From contig CAYQDC010000003.1 in NCBI GenBank assembly GCA_964416205.1, positions 1,167 to 60,374 of the forward strand: DNA of 59,208 nt, written 5' to 3'. This stretch comes from an uncultured Acetobacter sp. (lineage in GTDB: Bacteria; Pseudomonadota; Alphaproteobacteria; RF32; CAG-239). The notes beneath the pieces were generated by a model. The model worked only from the letters and a program-made list of their open reading frames with translations, was not told where the DNA came from and did not search any database. Shown here one piece after another: positions 18,968 to 29,677 of this stretch. Position numbers and translations under genes: made by a program. Numbering within the stretch: position 1 is the stretch's first letter; each line of letters begins with the position of its first letter.

Positions 18968-20851
18968 ATGATAAGTAAATTAGCAAAAGCACATGAAAGC
19001 TGGTTTTTTAAGTTTATTTCGATGGCAGTTGCCGTCAGTTTTATTTCTCTTTTCGGCGTTACAGGGTATATTAACAGCGCCAGCCAAAATCAAACCGTTG
19101 TTGATGTAAATGGCCTGAAAACGACGCAAAGTGAATTTTCTTACCGGCTGCAGAAGGAAATGAATGCCCTTAAAAATCTGACCGATGAAGATTTTGAGCT
19201 AACTGATGGTTTACGTAATACTTTTATCGAAGGTGTTTTACGTCAAATTATCAACGAAAGTGTTTTGGAGCAGGCAATGAAACAAAATAACATCAGATTT
19301 CCACGAGCTTATATCCAACAAATTGTGTTTGGCCAACCTGAATTTGCTAATCCGCTTAACGGGCAATTTAGCCCTGACTTGTTTAAGCGCTATCTGTCTT
19401 CTGCTGGCATAAGTGAAAGTGAATATGTTGATATGATTAAAAGGCTGATGGCTCGGAAAATGATGATTACGGATCTTATTTCCACGTTTAAGGTTCCGGT
19501 TGTTTTGAGTAATGCTATTCATGCCATGGACAATAAACGCCGTTCTTTTAAATATGTTTTGGTATCACCGGAAGATGTTACCGTTGAACGTCATATAAGT
19601 GATGACGAAGTTCAGCAATATTTTGAAGATTTTGCCGAAACATTTATGGTTCCAGAAATGAGGAATGCTGAAGTTCTCTTTCTTTCCAATACAGCTATTT
19701 TGAAGAAATATGTTGCCAGCGATGAGATGATGCGTGATTATTATAAGGAAAATGAAAAAGAATTTGAGCAGCCCGAAAAACGAGAAGTGCTACAGATGAT
19801 TTTTATGGATAAGAGCACTGCCGAAGATGCAATGAAAAAACTTGAAGCCGGTGGAGATTTTGCCAATATTGCAAAAGAATTTTCGGCTGAAAATGCTGAT
19901 AACCCAACTTTAGGTATCGTAGCACAGGATGAGCTGGCAGACGATTTGGCTTATGATGCTTTTGAACTGCAGCTTAACCAACCAAAATTGTTACAGGTTG
20001 CAGACACATGGCAAATTGTTAGCGTCAAACAGACTATTCCAGCTAAAAAGTCTACTTTTGAAGATGCCAAAGAGCAGATTATGGCCATTTTAAGCGATGA
20101 AAATCTATATGATGCTTTAAGAGACGCCAGAGCTGATATTGATGATGCCGTCAATAGTGGTAAAGATTTAAAGGACGTGGCAAAAGTAGTCGGTGCCGAA
20201 GTTATTGAGGTCAACGGCATTACCGAAAATTCACAGGTATCTCTTTTGCCTGAAGCGTTGAAATCTCTCGGTGCAACTCTAGATTTTAATGAAACGGTCT
20301 TTTCTTACGGACTGGGTGAGATAAGTTCTGCGGAAGAATTTGATGACGGTATTGCCGTGGTTAAGGTTACTAGGATAACAGATGCTCATCTTCCGGAAAT
20401 TAAAGATGTCCGCGATAAGATTGTCGCTCTGTGGACTATTCAGGAAAAAGATGCTTTGGCTAAAGAGACAGTCGATAACATTGTTGCCGATGCCGAAAAT
20501 GGCAGTCAACTTGCAGATGCAGCTAAAGCCAGAAATTTGAAATTGTTCCGTTCGGAACCTATCAGTCGCAATGAAACGTTTGCTGGCTTGACACCGCAGG
20601 AAATCAGTGATCTGTTTTTGACAAAAGACGATGGAGTTAAAGTGTATGAGCATCCTGGCAATAGTTTTGTTATTGTTACGCCTTTTGAAACGGTTAAATA
20701 CAGTGATGAACTGTCAGACGAAATGCTTGAGGAAGTTATTAGAAGGGCAAGGACATCTATGACAATAGATATGGCACGAGGAGCTATGGGCAGTCTGACT
20801 GAAAGCATGAATATAAAAGTTGATTATAAACGGGCAGGATTTTCCGAATAA
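18968..20851 (+). CDS. ppiD: Periplasmic chaperone/peptidyl-prolyl isomerase PpiD-like (SurA N-terminal domain protein)
   Basis: N-terminal TM anchor, 627 aa, SurA_N-like region then a degenerate parvulin-like middle. Stop overlaps the fmt start by 1 nt. Confidence 0.8.
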   Translation: MISKLAKAHESWFFKFISMAVAVSFISLFGVTGYINSASQNQTVVDVNGLKTTQSEFSYRLQKEMNALKNLTDEDFELTDGLRNTFIEGVLRQIINESVLEQAMKQNNIRFPRAYIQQIVFGQPEFANPLNGQFSPDLFKRYLSSAGISESEYVDMIKRLMARKMMITDLISTFKVPVVLSNAIHAMDNKRRSFKYVLVSPEDVTVERHISDDEVQQYFEDFAETFMVPEMRNAEVLFLSNTAILKKYVASDEMMRDYYKENEKEFEQPEKREVLQMIFMDKSTAEDAMKKLEAGGDFANIAKEFSAENADNPTLGIVAQDELADDLAYDAFELQLNQPKLLQVADTWQIVSVKQTIPAKKSTFEDAKEQIMAILSDENLYDALRDARADIDDAVNSGKDLKDVAKVVGAEVIEVNGITENSQVSLLPEALKSLGATLDFNETVFSYGLGEISSAEEFDDGIAVVKVTRITDAHLPEIKDVRDKIVALWTIQEKDALAKETVDNIVADAENGSQLADAAKARNLKLFRSEPISRNETFAGLTPQEISDLFLTKDDGVKVYEHPGNSFVIVTPFETVKYSDELSDEMLEEVIRRARTSMTIDMARGAMGSLTESMNIKVDYKRAGFSE

Positions 20852-21762
20852 TGAGAGTTGTTTTTATGGGAACGCCGGATTTTGCCGTTCCGGTATTGGA
20901 AGCGCTTATCAGTCATCATGAAGTGGTTGCTGTTTATACGCGTGCGCCCAAAGAAAGCGGTAGGGGTAAAAAAATAAATAAGTCACCGGTGCATCTGGTG
21001 GCAGAGAAATATAATATTTTCGTCAGGACTCCTAAGACTCTGAAAAATGATGAAGAGCAAAATTATTTGCGGGGATTGAATGCAGATGTTGCTATTGTGA
21101 CAGCTTACGGATTGCTTTTGCCCAGAGCTATATTGGATATGTTTCCATTGGGGTGTATTAATGTTCACGCTTCCCTGTTACCCAGGTGGCGAGGGGCCGC
21201 TCCTATCCAGCGAGCAGTTGAAGCGGGAGATATGCAAAGTGGTATTTCCATTATGCAGATGGTGCAAGCGCTGGATGCGGGTGCTGTTTTGGCACAGGAA
21301 GCTGTTTGTATTTCCAAGAAAATGACCGGCGGTGATCTGTATGAAAAATTGACGGATATCGGAGCGCCGCTGCTTATCCGTACGTTAGAAAATTTACGAA
21401 CTGTTGTACCTCAACAACAAAATGAAGCACAGGTTACTTATGCACCGAAACTGGACAAGACCGAATGTTTGCTTAATTTTGATGCTGATGCCGATGTGCT
21501 GTATAATAAAATCAGGGCTTTTTCTCCTTATCCTGCGACTTATTTTATTTATCAAGGTGAGCGTTTTAAGGTCTATCGGGTTACTGTTACGGAAATGACC
21601 GGTTGCCCAGGTGAGATTTTAGAAGGACAAAAAGAGCTGGTTATTGCAACACGCGGAGGTAAAGCTCTCCGGATTGAAAATATTCAGCGCGAAGGCAAAC
21701 AGGTGATGACTGCAGTCGATTTATTGAAAGGTTTTCATTTCCAAAAAGGTATACGAGTTTAA
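20851..21762 (+). CDS. fmt: Methionyl-tRNA formyltransferase
   Basis: MRVVFMGTPDFAVPVLEAL and NVHASLLPRWRGAAPIQRA. Confidence 0.96.
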   Translation: MRVVFMGTPDFAVPVLEALISHHEVVAVYTRAPKESGRGKKINKSPVHLVAEKYNIFVRTPKTLKNDEEQNYLRGLNADVAIVTAYGLLLPRAILDMFPLGCINVHASLLPRWRGAAPIQRAVEAGDMQSGISIMQMVQALDAGAVLAQEAVCISKKMTGGDLYEKLTDIGAPLLIRTLENLRTVVPQQQNEAQVTYAPKLDKTECLLNFDADADVLYNKIRAFSPYPATYFIYQGERFKVYRVTVTEMTGCPGEILEGQKELVIATRGGKALRIENIQREGKQVMTAVDLLKGFHFQKGIRV

Positions 21763-21915
21763 CTGTAGTAATTTTCGGATGTAGTATATTAATGTATATA
21801 AGGATGATTGCTTATTGCAATGTTTTGTCATATAAAATTATCTGGCATATTTATTTTTTTGCTTGATTATATAAAAATGTTGTATATACTCGGAGCGAAT
21901 TTATTATGGAAAACC

Positions 21916-21999
21916 GCGGGCGTGGTGAAATTGGTAGACACGCCAGACTTAGGATCTGGTGGCTTTGCCGTGAGAGTTCGAGTCTCTCCGTCCGCACCA
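21916..21999 (+). tRNA. tRNA-Leu (anticodon TAG), CCA encoded
   Basis: Hand-folded. Acceptor GCGGGCG/CGTCCGC. Anticodon arm CCAGA-CTTAGGA-TCTGG. Long variable arm. T-arm with TTCGAGT loop. 84 nt. Confidence 0.9.
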
Positions 22000-22037
22000 T
22001 TTCGCGGGTTTGAGGATTTTTTTTAGGAAGATAACTA

Positions 22038-23366
22038 ATGAAAGTAAAAGAATTAAAATCAGAAGGCTTAGGCCGTGAATATAGCGTTACCATTAGCGTG
22101 GCAGATTTTGATGTCGAAGTTGAAAAGAAGTTGCATCAGATTGCAAAAAAAGTGACGATGGATGGGTTCAGAGCCGGAAAGGTTCCTTTTGCTATGGTTA
22201 AGAAAAAATATCAGGCCAGTGCAATGAGTGAAGCTTTGGATGATATGGTACGTGATGGTGTTAATAACCTATTGAAAGAAAAAGGATTACGCCCGGTATT
22301 TACACCGGATGTAACAATGGATAAATTTGAAGAAGGGAAAGATGTTAAGTTCAAAGTATCCATGGAAATTATGCCAACAATTGATGTTAAAGATTTTTCA
22401 GATATTAAACTTGAGAAAATAACGGCTGACGTTCCAGAAGAAGAAGTTGAAAAAGCTTTGAAATATATGGCCGAAAGTCGTCGCGATACAGTAAAAGTTG
22501 AAGAAGATAGAGTTACGGTGAAAGGAGATGTTGCCGTTATTGATTTTATCGGTACCATTGACGGCAAGGAATTTCCAGGGGGAAAAGGTGAAGCTTATCC
22601 GCTGGAAATTGGTTCCAATTCTTTTATTCCTGGCTATGAAGATCAGCTTATCGGTAAAAAGGCCGGTGAAGTTGTTAATGTTAAAGCGACTTTCCCGAAA
22701 AATTACCAAGCTAAAGATTTGGCCGGAAAAGAAGCCATGTTTGTCACGACGATTAAAGAAATCAGGGAAATCAAACGGCCTGAAATCAATGATGAATTTG
22801 CGAAATCTATGGGTGAAGAAAATCTGGATCAGTTAAAAGAAAAGGTAAAACAAAGAATTGCTGAAGATTATGGCGCTGCATCAAAAATGAAATTAAAGCG
22901 GGCGTTGCTGGATGCTTTGGATAAGGCTTATAAATTTGATGTTCCTTCCAAACTGGTTGATATGGAATATGAAGCGATTGTTAAACAGTATGAGAATGCC
23001 AAGAAGAACAATCAACTTGATGAAGAAGAAAAAAATAAAAAAGAAGAAGATCTGCTGAAGGAATACAAAGACATTGCCATACGTCGCGTTAAGCTCGGAC
23101 TGTTATTGGCTGAAGTCGGAAACGAAGAAAAAATTGAGGTAACGCAGGAAGATATGAACAAGGCCATTATGGCCGAAGCTCAGCGGCATCCGATGCAGGC
23201 AAAAGCTATTTTTGACTTTTACCTGAAAAACAAAGAAGCGCTGGAGCGTCTGCGGACTTCTGTCTATGAAGAAAAAGTTGTAGATTATGTTTTGTCTAAG
23301 GTGCACACCAAAGAGAAAAAAGTGTCGGTTGAAGAACTGTATAACTTTGATGAGAAAGCTGCCTGA
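22038..23366 (+). CDS. tig: Trigger factor
   Basis: MKVKELKSEGLGREY.., GFRAGKVP, FKBP-type middle domain (FPGGKGE..IPGYEDQLIG), 442 aa. Confidence 0.96.
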   Translation: MKVKELKSEGLGREYSVTISVADFDVEVEKKLHQIAKKVTMDGFRAGKVPFAMVKKKYQASAMSEALDDMVRDGVNNLLKEKGLRPVFTPDVTMDKFEEGKDVKFKVSMEIMPTIDVKDFSDIKLEKITADVPEEEVEKALKYMAESRRDTVKVEEDRVTVKGDVAVIDFIGTIDGKEFPGGKGEAYPLEIGSNSFIPGYEDQLIGKKAGEVVNVKATFPKNYQAKDLAGKEAMFVTTIKEIREIKRPEINDEFAKSMGEENLDQLKEKVKQRIAEDYGAASKMKLKRALLDALDKAYKFDVPSKLVDMEYEAIVKQYENAKKNNQLDEEEKNKKEEDLLKEYKDIAIRRVKLGLLLAEVGNEEKIEVTQEDMNKAIMAEAQRHPMQAKAIFDFYLKNKEALERLRTSVYEEKVVDYVLSKVHTKEKKVSVEELYNFDEKAA

Positions 23367-23566
23367 TTGGTGAATCTTTTGCTTTCGGAATAAAGAGAGA
23401 GCTGCTTAATGTGGCTCTTTTTTATATATATTGCTATTCAACAACACTATGGCATTGACCGTGAAATTGCAACGATACGTATTTTATTTCTAAAAATAAT
23501 TGACAATCTATTATTTGCCATGTGATTTTATTATTTTTCATTTTAACTTAAACGTAAAAAAAGCTG

Positions 23567-23782
23567 TTGCCGTTTTGCAATGCGGATTATCGTTCATTTT
23601 CAGTTGAATATGTTTTGTATAATGACGATACCTTTGAACTACTGAAAAATCGTTTTTTCCCATTAAACAGAGCAAACCATTACAATCACGGAAATGTGAT
23701 TGTCGTATATCCTTATACTGAAGAACAGGCAAGGATTTTACTGGATGCGATACGTGACGGCGTACCTTCCAATTTGAAATAA
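23567..23782 (+). CDS. Small hypothetical protein (71 aa), uncertain
   Basis: Only an ORF in a 613-bp gap. The C-terminal part (YPYTEEQARILLDAIRDGVPSN) looks protein-like, but no clear RBS or family was found. Confidence 0.25.
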   Translation: MPFCNADYRSFSVEYVLYNDDTFELLKNRFFPLNRANHYNHGNVIVVYPYTEEQARILLDAIRDGVPSNLK

Positions 23783-23979
23783 CATACTATAGCTGATGTT
23801 TCCTCACGCGCTATAGTTTATCCCGAAAACCTATTTTTAAGCGAGATGGTTTTTACGGCACGATATTTGTATCTGTAATTTATATCGCGGTATGCAGATT
23901 TTTATTTTTTTGTTGCAAAAATACATTCATTTTGCTAGATGTGTTTTTAGTTTTACAATAAATTTTCTAAGAGGCAGTA

Positions 23980-24843
23980 ATGATAAAAATCGGCATGGAT
24001 ATTTTGGTTGAATCCCTTTATGAAACGCTGGTATTGTTTCCTTATCTGTATCTGACTTATCTGGCATTGGAATTTTTGGAGCACAAGACTTCTGGAAAAA
24101 CGCTGGATCATATCAAAAAATCTGGAAATTTCGGACCAATTATCGGCACTTTACTCGGACTGATACCTCAGTGTGGCTTTTCAGTGGCGGCGGCAAACCT
24201 TTATACTACCGGTATTATCACATTGGGAACATTGCTGGCTATTTTCCTTTCTACTTCTGATGAAATGATGCCTATTTTAATCTCAGGCGGTGCCGGAATT
24301 AACATTATTGTACAGATCTTGTGCCTTAAAGTCACTTTTTCCATTATCAGTGGTGTGGCGTTAGATGCCTTTTTGCCACAAAAATTTATTAATCAAAAAA
24401 AAGAGCCTGAGATTGAAGCTTTTTGCCAGCGGGAGAACTGCAAATGTACACACCAGGACAACATCTGGCATTCAGCTTTCAAGCATACCGAAAAAATCAG
24501 TACATTTATCTTTATTTTTTCCCTTATTATCAATGCTGTTTTCATTTTCGGTGGACGGGAAACCATTCATTCCATTCTAACGGAAATGCCGGTGGTCAGT
24601 AAATTTGTTGCCGCTGGTGTTGGTCTTATTCCAAGCTGCTATCCTTCAGTCTTGCTGACACAGTTGTATCTGGATAATACTATATCACTCGGCACAATGA
24701 TGGCCGGTACACTCAGCAATGCAGGACTTGGTTATCTGGTGCTTTATCGCGTTAATAATAACCACCAAGAAAATCTGCGCATTTTGGCATTGCTCTATCT
24801 CCTTGGCGTTGCTTTTGGAATTATCACAGAAGCGTTATTATAA
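23980..24843 (+). CDS. ArsP_2-family putative 10-TM metal (manganese/arsenic-type) transporter
   Basis: FGPIIGTLLGLIPQCGFSVAAANLY and FLSTSDEMMPILIS match my memory of this family. AGGCAG-type RBS before the ATG. Confidence 0.7.
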   Translation: MIKIGMDILVESLYETLVLFPYLYLTYLALEFLEHKTSGKTLDHIKKSGNFGPIIGTLLGLIPQCGFSVAAANLYTTGIITLGTLLAIFLSTSDEMMPILISGGAGINIIVQILCLKVTFSIISGVALDAFLPQKFINQKKEPEIEAFCQRENCKCTHQDNIWHSAFKHTEKISTFIFIFSLIINAVFIFGGRETIHSILTEMPVVSKFVAAGVGLIPSCYPSVLLTQLYLDNTISLGTMMAGTLSNAGLGYLVLYRVNNNHQENLRILALLYLLGVAFGIITEALL

Positions 24844-24876
24844 AATACGAAGGTATCTATCAACAACCGTTGAAAG

Positions 24877-25719
24877 TTATTCCATGATATAATTTTGGCG
24901 CAAAAAGGCGATTTCTTTGGCGTATCCTGGCAGTTCGTTTGGTGTTTCCAAATTGACGGGAATACCTTTTAATGCCGGATGATTGATGAAACGGATAAGC
25001 GCTTCTTTGCCGATAGTTCCGTATCCTAAACGCTCGTGACGGTCTTTATGCGAAGCAAATTCTGTCATACTGTCATTTAGATGAATGGCATGCAACCGGT
25101 TTAGGCCTATGGTACGGTCAAACTCATCCAATACACTGTCCAAATTATTAATAATATCATACCCGGCTGAAAAAATATGGCATGTATCCAGGCAAACTCC
25201 TAACTTTTCCGGCGAATTTATTTTAGTCCGGGAAATAATTTCCGCCAACTCTGCAAATGTAGCCCCAACTTCACTGCCCTTCCCAGACAATGTTTCCAAC
25301 AAAACCGTAGTATGGATAGCTTCGGGCATAACTTCATCCAAGATTTCCACAATCTGTGAAATGGCTGCTGTTACCCCCTGCCCGACATGCGAACCGGGAT
25401 GGAAGTTATACAGGTTTCCCGGAAGATTTTCCATGCGCCTTAAATCATCGGCAAAAACATTGAAGGCAAATTCACGAACTGATGCATCTTTGGAGCATGG
25501 ATTTAGAGTATACGGAGCATGTGCCAATATCCTGCCAAAGCCGTTTTTCTCTGCCAAAGCAATAAAAGCATGAATATCATCTGTCCGTATATCTTTTGCA
25601 GCACCGCCACGTGGGTTGCGCAAAAAAAATTGAAAAGTATTGGCTTTTAAGCTCAACGCCGTTTTTCCCATTGCAGTAAAACCACCGACTGACGATAAAT
25701 GACATCCCAGATAAAGCAT
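24877..25719 (-). CDS. nfo: Endonuclease IV (AP endonuclease)
   Basis: MLYLGCHLS.., HAPYTLNP, NFHPGSH, LETLSGKG, CLDTCHIF, HLNDS metal-site motifs. ATG 25719 preceded by GGGAGGA. The longer ORF upstream runs through a tRNA gene. Confidence 0.93.
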   Translation of the reverse strand: MLYLGCHLSSVGGFTAMGKTALSLKANTFQFFLRNPRGGAAKDIRTDDIHAFIALAEKNGFGRILAHAPYTLNPCSKDASVREFAFNVFADDLRRMENLPGNLYNFHPGSHVGQGVTAAISQIVEILDEVMPEAIHTTVLLETLSGKGSEVGATFAELAEIISRTKINSPEKLGVCLDTCHIFSAGYDIINNLDSVLDEFDRTIGLNRLHAIHLNDSMTEFASHKDRHERLGYGTIGKEALIRFINHPALKGIPVNLETPNELPGYAKEIAFLRQNYIME

Positions 25720-25853
25720 GCATCCTCCCTTTTTTATTTTGTATTGATATGTGATTATACTGCTTCTTTGAAAAACGTCAATTTTTTTGTAAAAATATAA
25801 AAAAAAGCTTGTCTTTTCATTTTTTTTTGTGTAGATATATGTTCGTCGTTGAA

Positions 25854-25930
25854 CGGAACGTAGTTCAGCCTGGTAGAACGCTGCGTTCGGGTCGCAGAGG
25901 TCAGTGGTTCGAATCCACCCGTTCCGACCA
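25854..25930 (+). tRNA. tRNA-Pro (anticodon CGG), CCA encoded
   Basis: Hand-folded. Acceptor CGGAACG/CGTTCCG. D-arm GTTC/GAAC. Anticodon arm CTGCG-TTCGGGT-CGCAG. T-arm AGTGG-TTCGAAT-CCACC. 77 nt. Confidence 0.9.
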
Positions 25931-25934
25931 TCAC

Positions 25935-25962
25935 AGGTCACCTGAATAAGGTGACTTTTTTG
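25935..25962 (+). terminator. Rho-independent terminator after tRNA-Pro
   Basis: AGGTCACC-TGAATAA-GGTGACTT followed by a T-run. Confidence 0.75.
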
Positions 25963-26085
25963 TGTTATGAAACTACCAACTGATTATTTAGTCTTCTTTT
26001 TGTTTTAGTTGTTTATATCCATAACTTATCATTTGTTTAATTTGCCATTACCTGTATTTTCGTTTGCCGATAACATATCAGGCAT

Positions 26086-26136
26086 AAAAAAACCCTTTGC
26101 ATAAAGAATAATTATCTCTACTATACAAAGGGTTTT
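26086..26136 (-). terminator. Terminator of the rpsP-rimM-trmD-rplS operon
   Basis: On the minus strand, AAAACCCTTTG ... CAAAGGGTTTT (11-bp stem, long loop) followed by T7. It lies 19 nt after the rplS stop. Confidence 0.6.
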
Positions 26137-26154
26137 ATTCCTATGAGCAATATC

Positions 26155-26544
26155 TTATTCGGCGTTTTTGGCTTTGGCTTGTGCAGACAAATCATCCGCA
26201 ATACGGGCCGAACGACCACGCAATGCACGCAAGAAGTATAATTTTGCTCTTCTTACTTTACCGATACGGGTTACTTCTATTTTCGCAACATTCGGGGAAT
26301 ACAGTGGGAATACACGCTCAACGCCTTCACCGAAAGAAATCTTGCGAACTGTAAAGGAAGAATTCAACCCATCATTTTTACGGGCAATACAAACGCCTTC
26401 ATAAATCTGAATACGTTCACGGTCACCTTCTTTAACCTTGGTATGAACCTTCAGGGTGTCACCGGCTTTGAAGTCAGGAATATTCTTTCCTTCCGTCAAT
26501 TTGGCAACTTGCTCTTTTTCAATGTTTTCTAAAATGTTCATCAC
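26155..26544 (-). CDS. rplS: 50S ribosomal protein L19
   Basis: [33 protein letters not shown]. Confidence 0.96.
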   Translation of the reverse strand: MMNILENIEKEQVAKLTEGKNIPDFKAGDTLKVHTKVKEGDRERIQIYEGVCIARKNDGLNSSFTVRKISFGEGVERVFPLYSPNVAKIEVTRIGKVRRAKLYFLRALRGRSARIADDLSAQAKAKNAE

Positions 26545-26579
26545 TTTTACCTTTTAATAAATTTTTTAACTTTATACAC

Positions 26580-27272
26580 CTAACTATTTTTAGAATCAAG
26601 ATATTTCTTAAATAAGTCAGGTCGCCTCTCTTTTGTTGCGATTTCTGCCTGCTGTCGACGCCACTCGTCTATCTTTTGATGATGACCAGACAATAAAACT
26701 TCCGGAACAGCCCTGTCGTTCCATATAATCGGACGGGTGTATTGCGGATATTCCAACAAATAATTTTCAAAACTTTCATCTTCCAGAGATGCTTCATTCC
26801 CCAGAACGCCAGGGAGCAGCCTTACTATGGCATCTAGCAAAATCTGAGCTGCCTGTTCGCCGCCGGTCAGGATGTAATCACCGATGCTTACTTCTTCTAT
26901 ATTAAAGGCTTCTATGATGCGCTCATCTATGCCCTCAAAACGACCACAAATAATCATCAGCTCATCTTCCGCTGCCAGCTCGCGTACCAGTTTTTGCGTC
27001 AACAGCCGACCCTTGGGACTCATATAAATTATTCGCCCTCTCGTACGGGTAGCCTCTATCGCCCGGCCTAAAACATCTGGACGCATAATCATGCCCGCAC
27101 CGCCACCACATGGCGTATCATCTACCGATTTATGCTTGTCAAATGCATAATCGCGGATGTTTACGGTTTCCAACTGCCATTTTTGTTCTTCCAACGCTTT
27201 TCCTGTCACCGAATAACCAAGAAACCCTGGAAATATTTCTGGAAAAACAGTCAGAACTTTTGCCTTTAGCAT
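26580..27272 (-). CDS. trmD: tRNA (guanine37-N1)-methyltransferase
   Basis: [28 protein letters not shown] motifs. Confidence 0.96.
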   Translation of the reverse strand: MLKAKVLTVFPEIFPGFLGYSVTGKALEEQKWQLETVNIRDYAFDKHKSVDDTPCGGGAGMIMRPDVLGRAIEATRTRGRIIYMSPKGRLLTQKLVRELAAEDELMIICGRFEGIDERIIEAFNIEEVSIGDYILTGGEQAAQILLDAIVRLLPGVLGNEASLEDESFENYLLEYPQYTRPIIWNDRAVPEVLLSGHHQKIDEWRRQQAEIATKERRPDLFKKYLDSKNS

Positions 27273-27814
27273 TTTTGGAAATCCTTTTCGTCTTCCAAAA
27301 ATACCATTCCGGTTGATGCCACAATAATGTATCCATCCGTCAGATTTATTTCTGGTACGTAACCTTTGTTGAAAGGCAACATCTCGGAACGTCCGTTTTT
27401 TAAGCGGATTTCCAGAATATCTCCAGCACCGAAGTTATAAAAACCAATTACTTCGGCTACTTCAGACTTTTCGATATCCAAAACTTTCAATCCGACAAGG
27501 TCAGTCTCATAATATTCTTCTTCTGTCGATAGTTCTGGCAAAATGCCGCGCGGAGCATACAGCTCCGCCCCTATAAGGGCTTCGGCAGCTGTCCTGTCAT
27601 CCACACCTTTTATCTTGGCACGAAGCAAATCTTTTGATCGGCCGGTAATTTGTAGCGAAAAATGATACGTTCCGACTTTGTCTTCCAGCTCTCCATAGCG
27701 GGCAATGTCCTTGTCTGAGGCCGTGTAGCTCTTGACTTTAACTTCCCCGCGGATACCGTGAACGCCGACAATTTTGCCTAAACAAACTCTTTTTTCGCTC
27801 ATCAAACAATCCAT
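27266..27814 (-). CDS. rimM: Ribosome maturation factor RimM
   Basis: [20 protein letters not shown] and a PRC-barrel C-terminus. Overlaps the trmD start by 7 nt. Alternative start at 27802. Confidence 0.92.
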   Translation of the reverse strand: MDCLMSEKRVCLGKIVGVHGIRGEVKVKSYTASDKDIARYGELEDKVGTYHFSLQITGRSKDLLRAKIKGVDDRTAAEALIGAELYAPRGILPELSTEEEYYETDLVGLKVLDIEKSEVAEVIGFYNFGAGDILEIRLKNGRSEMLPFNKGYVPEINLTDGYIIVASTGMVFLEDEKDFQKC

Positions 27815-27845
27815 CGCAACACAAACTTATTTATTCAAGAAAAAG

Positions 27846-28253
27846 TTAGGCTTCAACAGGAGTTTCTTCAGAAGCCTGGGCTTCGGCGGCAGTTGCTGCG
27901 GCTTCAGCAGCGGCTTTGGCCTTTTCTTCCTTTTCTTTAATTCTTTCCAAAGCTTTTGCCTTCGGAGCTGATTTCTTCGGCTGAGCTTTGATTTTCGGTG
28001 CTTCGCACAAACCTAGATTCGCAAACAACTTTTGCAGTCTCTCAGTCGGCTGTGCCCCTTTGGATAACCAAGCTTTTACCTTTTCAATGTCCAGAACCAA
28101 CCGGTCCTGATGATCTTGCGGTAACTGAGGATTGTAAGCACCAAGTTTTTCAATAAATCTGCCATCACGAGGAGCTCTCTGATCTGCAGCTACAACGCGA
28201 TAATACGGATGCTTTTTTGATCCACCGCGAGAAAGTCTAATACGAACTGTCAT
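27846..28253 (-). CDS. rpsP: 30S ribosomal protein S16 with Ala/Lys/Glu-rich C-terminal extension
   Basis: MTVRIRLSRGGSKKHPYYRVVAAD. About 50 extra C-terminal residues (KAQPKKSAPKAKA..EEKAKAAAEAAATAAEA). Confidence 0.95.
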   Translation of the reverse strand: MTVRIRLSRGGSKKHPYYRVVAADQRAPRDGRFIEKLGAYNPQLPQDHQDRLVLDIEKVKAWLSKGAQPTERLQKLFANLGLCEAPKIKAQPKKSAPKAKALERIKEKEEKAKAAAEAAATAAEAQASEETPVEA

Positions 28254-28294
28254 TTTTTTCCTTTCCAGTTTATTTTTGTTTCATTTCTTCCGCA

Positions 28295-29677
28295 TTAAAA
28301 CGGAAATTTACGATTAAATCCGCCCATCGGGATTCCTCCGAACGGATTTGGTTTGGCAAAACGGGAAGCCAGAGCGCCTAAACCGCCCATTTTTCCCATT
28401 TTTTTCATCATGGTTGACATTTGCTCATAGGATTTAAGCAACTTGTTAACCTCATGAACTTCTACTCCTGCACCGGCGGCAATCCGTTTCTTACGAGAAG
28501 CTTTGATAATATCCGGATTGCGACGCTCCGCCTTGGTCATTGACAAAATTATAGCTTCCTGTTTTTTGACCATCGAATCGGCATTTACCGCCTCTATCTG
28601 CTCCTTATATTTGCTCAACCCCGGCAACATTCCCATAATGTTGCTTATGGATCCCAGCTTCTGCATCTGGCGAATCTGATTGAGCATATCCTCCAAATCA
28701 AATTTGCCCTTCAGCATTTTTTGGGTCATGGCCTCGGTTTCTTCTTTATCTATCTTTTCAACCGCTTTCTCCACCAGGCTGACGACATCCCCTTTATCCA
28801 GAATTCTCCCGGCCATGCGGTCGGCATGAAATTCTTCTATATCTTCCAGCTTCTCACCGGTTCCCAAAAATTTCAGTGGCGCACCGGAAACCATTTTCAT
28901 TGACAAGGCAGCACCAGCACGGGACGAACCGTCAATACGGGTTAAAACCAACCCACTGATACCGACTTTTTCATTAAATTCTTTTGCGACATTGCAGGCT
29001 TCCTGGCCAATCAGGGCATCAGCTACTAATAATGTTTCTGTCGGTTCTACCAGCTTTTTGACGGCAATTACTTCGGCCATCAACTTTTCATCAATTTGTA
29101 GCCGTCCGGCCGTATCCAAAATCAGGACATCATAAATACCTTTCTTACCTTCGGATAATGCGCGACGGGTAATTTCCAATGGTTTTTCGCCGGTAACAAT
29201 CGGCAAAACGTCCACACCAATCTGACTACCTAATTGCGTCAGCTGTTCCTGTGCCGCCGGACGGTAAACGTCCAGTGATGCCATCAATACACGTTTATTC
29301 TTTTTTAATTTAAGGGCGATTTTAGCAGACGTCGTTGTTTTACCGGAGCCCTGCAAGCCGACCATTAAAATTACGGCGGGAGGAACGGTTTTGAAATTTA
29401 AACCGCTTTCATCATCACCCAGCATGCCTACCAATTCATCATAAACGATTTTTACCAACTGCTGATCTGGACGGATAGATTTGATAATCTTTTCGCCAAC
29501 GGCCTTTTCCTTGACATGTGCCATAAACTCTTTAACTACAGGCAATGAAACGTCAGCTTCCAACAAAGCTAAACGAATCTCGTGCAGTCCGTCTTCTATA
29601 TCTTTTTCGGTCAGAACGCCGCGCGAACCAAGCCTGGCAAACACGTCGCTCAATTTGTTGGTCAAAGCATCAAACAT
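28295..29677 (-). CDS. ffh: Signal recognition particle protein Ffh
   Basis: MFDALTNKLSDVF, GLQGSGKTTT, DTAGR, and a Met-rich M domain. Confidence 0.97.
   Translation of the reverse strand: MFDALTNKLSDVFARLGSRGVLTEKDIEDGLHEIRLALLEADVSLPVVKEFMAHVKEKAVGEKIIKSIRPDQQLVKIVYDELVGMLGDDESGLNFKTVPPAVILMVGLQGSGKTTTSAKIALKLKKNKRVLMASLDVYRPAAQEQLTQLGSQIGVDVLPIVTGEKPLEITRRALSEGKKGIYDVLILDTAGRLQIDEKLMAEVIAVKKLVEPTETLLVADALIGQEACNVAKEFNEKVGISGLVLTRIDGSSRAGAALSMKMVSGAPLKFLGTGEKLEDIEEFHADRMAGRILDKGDVVSLVEKAVEKIDKEETEAMTQKMLKGKFDLEDMLNQIRQMQKLGSISNIMGMLPGLSKYKEQIEAVNADSMVKKQEAIILSMTKAERRNPDIIKASRKKRIAAGAGVEVHEVNKLLKSYEQMSTMMKKMGKMGGLGALASRFAKPNPFGGIPMGGFNRKFPF

Noticed and set aside
23783-23979. Possible Mn (yybP-ykoY type) riboswitch upstream of the ArsP_2-like transporter
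   Set aside because: I searched by eye for the conserved GGGGAGUAG / GAGACC-type elements and a four-helix layout and found none. The region is simply AT-rich.
25720-25941. N-terminal 74 codons of the 354-aa minus-strand ORF (24877..25941)
   Set aside because: This stretch runs antisense through the tRNA-Pro gene. The endonuclease IV homology and a GGGAGGA RBS begin at ATG 25719, so the CDS was trimmed.
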